Assembly (NCBI GenBank): GCA_045627965.1
Contig: JAZQOP010000315.1
Coordinates: 1 to 57,011 of the forward strand
Reading direction: 5' to 3'
Length of the DNA stretch: 57,011 nt
Source: Kiritimatiellia bacterium
GTDB lineage: Bacteria > Verrucomicrobiota > Kiritimatiellia > CAIQIC01 > Lenti-01
This document shows positions 33,401-39,400 of the stretch, one piece after another; positions within the stretch are counted from its first letter, which is position 1; the number at the start of each line of letters is the position of its first letter. The notes below the pieces were generated by a model that was not told where the DNA came from, searched no databases, and saw only the letters and a list, made by a program, of their open reading frames with translations. Position numbers and translations under genes: made by a program.

Positions 33401-36400
33401 TCCCCTGACCTCCACCCCTTCCAGGTAGCCCTCGAAAGCGGCAGCGCCCCAGCCTCGCGACGTGTTCGTCGAAACCGACCCGCCGCGAACCCGCGCATAG
33501 GACGTGCCGCCGCCGTCCTGGGCGCTGTTCCCCGTGACCACGCAATTCTCGAGTTCCCCGTAATAGGCGCCGCCGCCACGATTCGTCGCCGCATTCCCCG
33601 ACAAGACGCAATCCCGCAGCACGCTGAAATAGGTGCCGCCGCCATAGCTGGCCGTGTTCCCGCTCACAACGCAATCCTCCAAGGTTCCGTAGCAGGCGCC
33701 GCCGCCGTTGCCGCTTGTGCCGAGCAAGCCGTTCATCAGCGTCAAGCCGCGCACCAGGGTGTTCGTCTGTCCGCTGGCGCTCCCCAGGGTCGCGCACCGC
33801 GTGCCGTTGCCACCGGCGACAAACGTCACGGACGCGCCGTCCGTGCCGTCGATCACGATGGCCTTGTCCGCCGTCGAGAACGACGCATATGTTCCCGGCG
33901 CGACAGCCACGCGATCGCCCGCCAGCGCCAAATCCACGCCTTTCTGGATCGTCGCGACCGGTGCGGCGCTTGTTCCCGGATTCGCATCATCCCCCGTTGC
34001 GGCGTCCACATACACCGTCCCCGAGCCGAACAGCGCCGTCAAGACGCCCGACACACCCATGTTTGCCCAGACGTATGTCGTCTCCGTCCCCACCAGTTCC
34101 CCGTCCACCTGCCAGCCCAGGAATTCCCGTTCGCCCGCACCGTTGGACGTCACGGCAAAGGTCACCGACTCCGTTCCGGCCGCCAGCGTCGCCCGCATCG
34201 GCTCCACCGTCCCGGCCCCCTCCACGACGACCTTCACGCCAGCCACGCAGCCTTCGTAGGCCCCCATGTCCGGAGCAGTTCCCTGCACACGGGGCGCCCC
34301 GCGCACATCCGTCGCCGAACCTGTCGCGTAATCCGCAGATCCGGCATCCACGCACGGAGAGACGCCCAGCAGCTGGTAGTCGCCATTTGCCGAATCCACA
34401 AACAACGGATCGCTCACGCCATACTGCCCCTGGATCCAGGAGCTACTCCACGACGAGCAATTCCCGTTCGATCCATTTCCCCAAACGATGCTGTTCCGCA
34501 GCTGGGCACCATCCACGCCCCACCCCGAGTTGTCCACGACCGTGCAGGACGTCGCCGTGCCGCCCCGGACCCCGTTCCCCGTATTTTTCGCCACCACGCA
34601 GTTGTCCAGTTCGACGGCCGCCGCCACCACGCCACCGCCATCCACATTGCGCCAGTATTCGCACCGAAGCGCCGCACCGCCGTCATGAATGGCCCCCGCC
34701 TCCAGGACAGCGTTTTCCGTCACGGAGCAATCCTTCAAGGTCGCGTTTTGCAAGACGCTGTTCGTTCCCGTATTGCCGAAGACCTGGCAGCCGTCCAAGG
34801 ACGCTTCGACAGCGGCGGCGCCATTCTGGGCCCGGTTCCCCGTCACGGCGCTCCACGACAGCGTCCCGCCGCACGTGCCGCCACCATCCGCAGACGCCGT
34901 ATTCCCGACCACCTGGCAATGATCCAGCCGAGCGTGCCAGGCACCGCCGCCCATCTCCGCCGTATTGCCCGTCACCAGGCACCAGCGCAAGTTGCCGCCC
35001 AACGCGCCACCGCCGACATCAGCCGCCGCAACACCATTCGTCAACGTCCAGCCCGCCAACAGGGTCGCCGACTCGGAAACGGGCTGGTTTGTCTCCGTCA
35101 CGTCCAGCAGCGTGGCGCAACGGCCCGCCCCCTGTCCATCCATGATACAGCTTTCTGCGCCATCCCACCCGATTACGGCCACGGAGCGCCCCGCCGTTGC
35201 CACCGCGCCATACGTCCCCGCCAGCGCCAGGACGGCCCCGCCGTCCGCCGCCGCATCGACCGCCGCCTGCAATGTCGCCTTTGGGGCGTCGCGCGTGCCT
35301 GCGTTCTCGTCGTCCGCCCCTTCGCCGCCGACCCAGATAGCCCCGAAATAAGCCTCCATGCGGCCACGGTGACCCGGCACGGCGCCGAACGACCATGTCA
35401 CCGTCTCATTTGTTTCGCTTATCCCCAGCTGGCCCGTCCATCCCTCGAACAGCGCAATACCGTCCGTATCTGCCGCAAAAGTCGCCGTCTGCCCCGCCCC
35501 GACCACCGCCCAGCGCGGCGTCACGGCCCCTTCGCCCCAAACGAGCGCCTCCACCACATCCAAAGGGGCCCCTTCAAAGGCCCCTTCCCCGATCATTTCC
35601 ACCCCGGTCCCCAGCACAACGTTCGTCAAGCCCGTGCACCCCGCAAACGCGCCGGCACCAATGACCGTCACCCCGTCGCCGAGGATCAAATCGGTCAAAT
35701 TCGGGCAATTGGCGCATACGCCATCCGCGATGCCCGTCACCGCCAGGCCTTCCACCTGCGACGGCACCGTCGCCGAACCGGCCGACATGGGCAGCAAGCC
35801 AGTCAAGAGCGCACCACCGTTCCCGTCGGGCACGAACGTCCACGCCACCCCCTCCGCTTCCAGCAACATATCCGCCCCCTCGCGGACGACCAGCCACTCC
35901 TTCGCACCGGCCGTCACACGCAAATCCTCCGCCGTCAGCGTCGAACCCGCTGCCAGGTGGATAATTCCGCCATGCGTGCACCCCGCAAAAGCGTCGCGCC
36001 CCACTTCCGTCACGCTGGCCGGCAACCAGATGCCCTCCAGGCCCGAGCATCCCTTGAAAGCCTGTTCTCCGAGGCTCTCCACACCGTCCGGCACGCGCAA
36101 TTCCGCCAGTGCAGAACAGCCGGCGAACGAACCATACCCAATCTTCGCAAGTCCGGTCCCCCAATCGATTCCCGTCAAATTCAAGCACCCGGAAAATGCG
36201 CTGCTGTCGATATTCGTCACGCTATCCGGCAACGCCAGCCGCTCAAGCCCCGTCGCCGCAAACGCCGACTGGTCGATTACCCGGATGCCATCGTGCAAGT
36301 CGACGGCCACCAGCTTCCGCATACCGCTGAAGGCCCCGCAGCCCACATGTTCCAGGCTGCCGCCCACCACCACATGCTCCAGATTGGTGCAACCGCTGAA

Positions 36401-39400
36401 AATGCCTTGGCAAAGGTCCGTCACGCCCTCCCCGATGACGGCGTTCGTCAGGCCCGAGCAACCGGAAAACGCTCCGCCCAGCAAATTCGTCACGCTGTCC
36501 GGAATCACGACATCCGTCAACCCCGTGCACCCCGTAAAGGCTGAATTCTGGACCGTCCCGATTCCTGCCCCCCAAACGATTTTCGTCAAATTGCTGCAAT
36601 AGGCGAAGGCATTCTCGCCCACATAGGTCACGCTGTCCGGCAGCACCAGCCGCTCAAGCGCCGTCCCTTGGAAGGCATAGTAGGAAATTCGCTGAAGCCC
36701 TTCTTGCAGCACCACCTCCGACAGCTTGCCCATTCCGTTGAACTCGCTGTTGCCCAGCGACGCGATCCCCGCGCCCACCACCACGCGCTCCAAATTCGTG
36801 CACCCGCTGAAAATCCCCTGGCTGATGTTCGGGACGCCGTCGCCGATCACCGCGTTCGTCAACCCCGAACACCCGGAAAATGCGCCGCCCTCCAGGGCCT
36901 CGACGCCGTCCGGGATTTCGACGCTGGACAATCCCGTGCACCCCGAAAAGGCGCCGCTACCGATCTTCTTGAGGCCTGCGCCCCAGACGATGTTCGTCAG
37001 GCCCTTGCACCCCGAAAACGCCCCGCCATCCAGCAGCGTCACGCTATCCGGGAGGACGAGCTGCTGGATGGCCGTTCCCGAAAACGCACTTTCCCAGATG
37101 GTTTCCAAGCCTTCCTTCAGCTCCACGTCGCTCAACTGCGTGCAACCGGAGAAGATGCTGCAACCCAGCTGCTTCATGTTGCCGCCGACCGCCACATGCC
37201 GCAGGCTCGACAAGCCGCTCAAGGCCCCGCAGATGCCCGTCAAGCCCTCGCCAATCACCAGATTGGTCACAGATGCACAACCGGAAAAGGCGGAACAACA
37301 AAGATTCGTTACGCTATCCGGAATGACCAGCTCCTCCAAGGACGCGCAACTCGAAAATGCGCCGTTCATGATGTCCGTCAGGCCCTCGGGCAGGTCGACT
37401 TTCTTTAGCGAAGAGCAGCCGGCGAACGCGCTGTTCGACAGGACTTTCAAAGTGGCCGGCAAGCTCACCCGTTCCAGTTTCGCATACCCCGAAAACGCAC
37501 CATCCGTGATGGACAGCACCCCGTCGTGGATATCCAATTCGCGAAGATTCGGGAAGGAGAACGGCGTGCTTGTCAAATTCGTGACGCCGCCGCCCACCAC
37601 CAGGCTGACCACGCCCGTCAGGCCGCAGGTGAACACGCCGTTCGTCAAATACTCGACCCCGTCGCCGATGACCAGCCGTTCAATCTGCCCATCCCCGCAG
37701 AACACACAACTTCCGATATGCGTCACGCTGTTCGGGATCACCACTTCCTTTAGCGGATAAGTTGAACAAAAAGCGGAATCGCCAATGTTCGTCACCTGGT
37801 TCCCGATGACCAGATGCTGCAAGTTGGTCAGCCCGTAGCACCAGCTGTTTTCGATGTTTTTCACCCCGTCGCCGACAACCAGGTTCGTCACCGCGTAGCA
37901 TCCCGAGAACGGATTGCCGTCCACGTTCGTCACCGAGTTCGGGAGCACGACTTCCCTCAGCTGGGAAGCCCCTGAAAATGCGCCGTTGCGCACATCCCGG
38001 ATGCCATTTCCCCAAACGATTTCCGTCAGGTTGCTGCAGCCCCCGAAAGCGCTCTCTCCGACATATCTCATCGAATCCGGCAGGACCAGCCTCTCGATCG
38101 GACAGCCGGAGAACGAACTGTCGGTAATCTTTTCCAGCCCTTCGGACAGGACCAGTTCCTTCAGCGCTCGCAGATTGTTGAAGGCCCCGCACTGGATGTT
38201 GCGCACGCCGCCCCCGATGACCAGGCGCTCGATATTCGTGCTACCGGAGAACCAGTACCCGCGGCACATGTCCCGGACGCCGTCGCCGACCACGACGTTC
38301 GTCAATCCAACGCAATTGTCGAACGGACCGCCGTCGATGTTCGTCACGCTGTTCGGGATGACCACCTCCGCCAGCCTCGGGCAATATGAAAAGGCGCCAT
38401 TCTTCACCTCCCGGATGCCATCCCCCCAGACGATCTCCATCAAATTGGAACAACCGCTGAACGCGCTATAGTCAACGACCGCGACACTATCGGGCAATAC
38501 GAGGCGTTCGATTCCTGCCCCGTAAAACGCGCTATTTTGTATCACTTCGATTCCTTCGTGCAACTCGATTGCACGAAGCTTTGAGCATCCCGAGAATGCC
38601 CCGCTGGTCAGATTCGTCACGCCACCGCCGACAACCACCCGTTCCAGATTCGTGCACCCGCTGAAAACGGAGGTCGACAAATCCTGAACGCCCTCACCGA
38701 TCACAATGTTTGTCAGGCCAATGCATCCCGAGAACGCGCCGCCGTAGAGGTTGGTCACGGTAGCGGGGATCACCAAGTCCGTCAATCCATGGCAGCCCGA
38801 AAAGGCGCCGATTTTCACCTCTTGAAGCCCCGCCCCCCACACAATTTCCTTCAGGTTTGTGCAACCGGCAAAAGCGCTGCTGTCCAAGCATTTCAGGCTA
38901 TCAGGCAAGACCAGCCGCTCAATTGCACACCCGCCGAAAGAGCCATCGGTGATCTTCTCCAGCCCTTCGGACAGGACCAGTTCCTTGAGCGCGCGCAGAT
39001 TGCTGAATGCGCCACACTTGATTTCCTTGACTCCAGAGCCGATGACCAGGCGCTCGATGTTTGTGCAATCCATGAACCAGGAGCCGCGGCACATGTCCAG
39101 CACGCCGTCGCCGACCACGACGTTCGTCAGTCCGTAACAGCAGTCGAACGGTCCGCCGTAAATGTTCGTCACGCTATCTGGGATGATGACTTCCGTCAGC
39201 CCCGAACAATACGAGAACGCGCCATTGATCAGATCCGTCAGGCCGCCCCCCCAGGTAATTTCCGTCAAGTTGCAGCAACCGGAAAAAGCGCTGTCCTGGA
39301 CGCATTTTACGCTGTCCGGAATGGCCAGGCGCTCAATTCCGCACCCCTGAAACGCGCTGTCCGAGATTGTTTCCAAGCCCTCGGAAAGCTCAACCGTCCG

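Noticed and set aside
30806-36544. A 1,912-aa ORF on the + strand
   Set aside because: The same reasoning applies. It is a shadow of the beta-helix and LRR part of the giant ORF, with an Arg/Pro/His-dominated translation.
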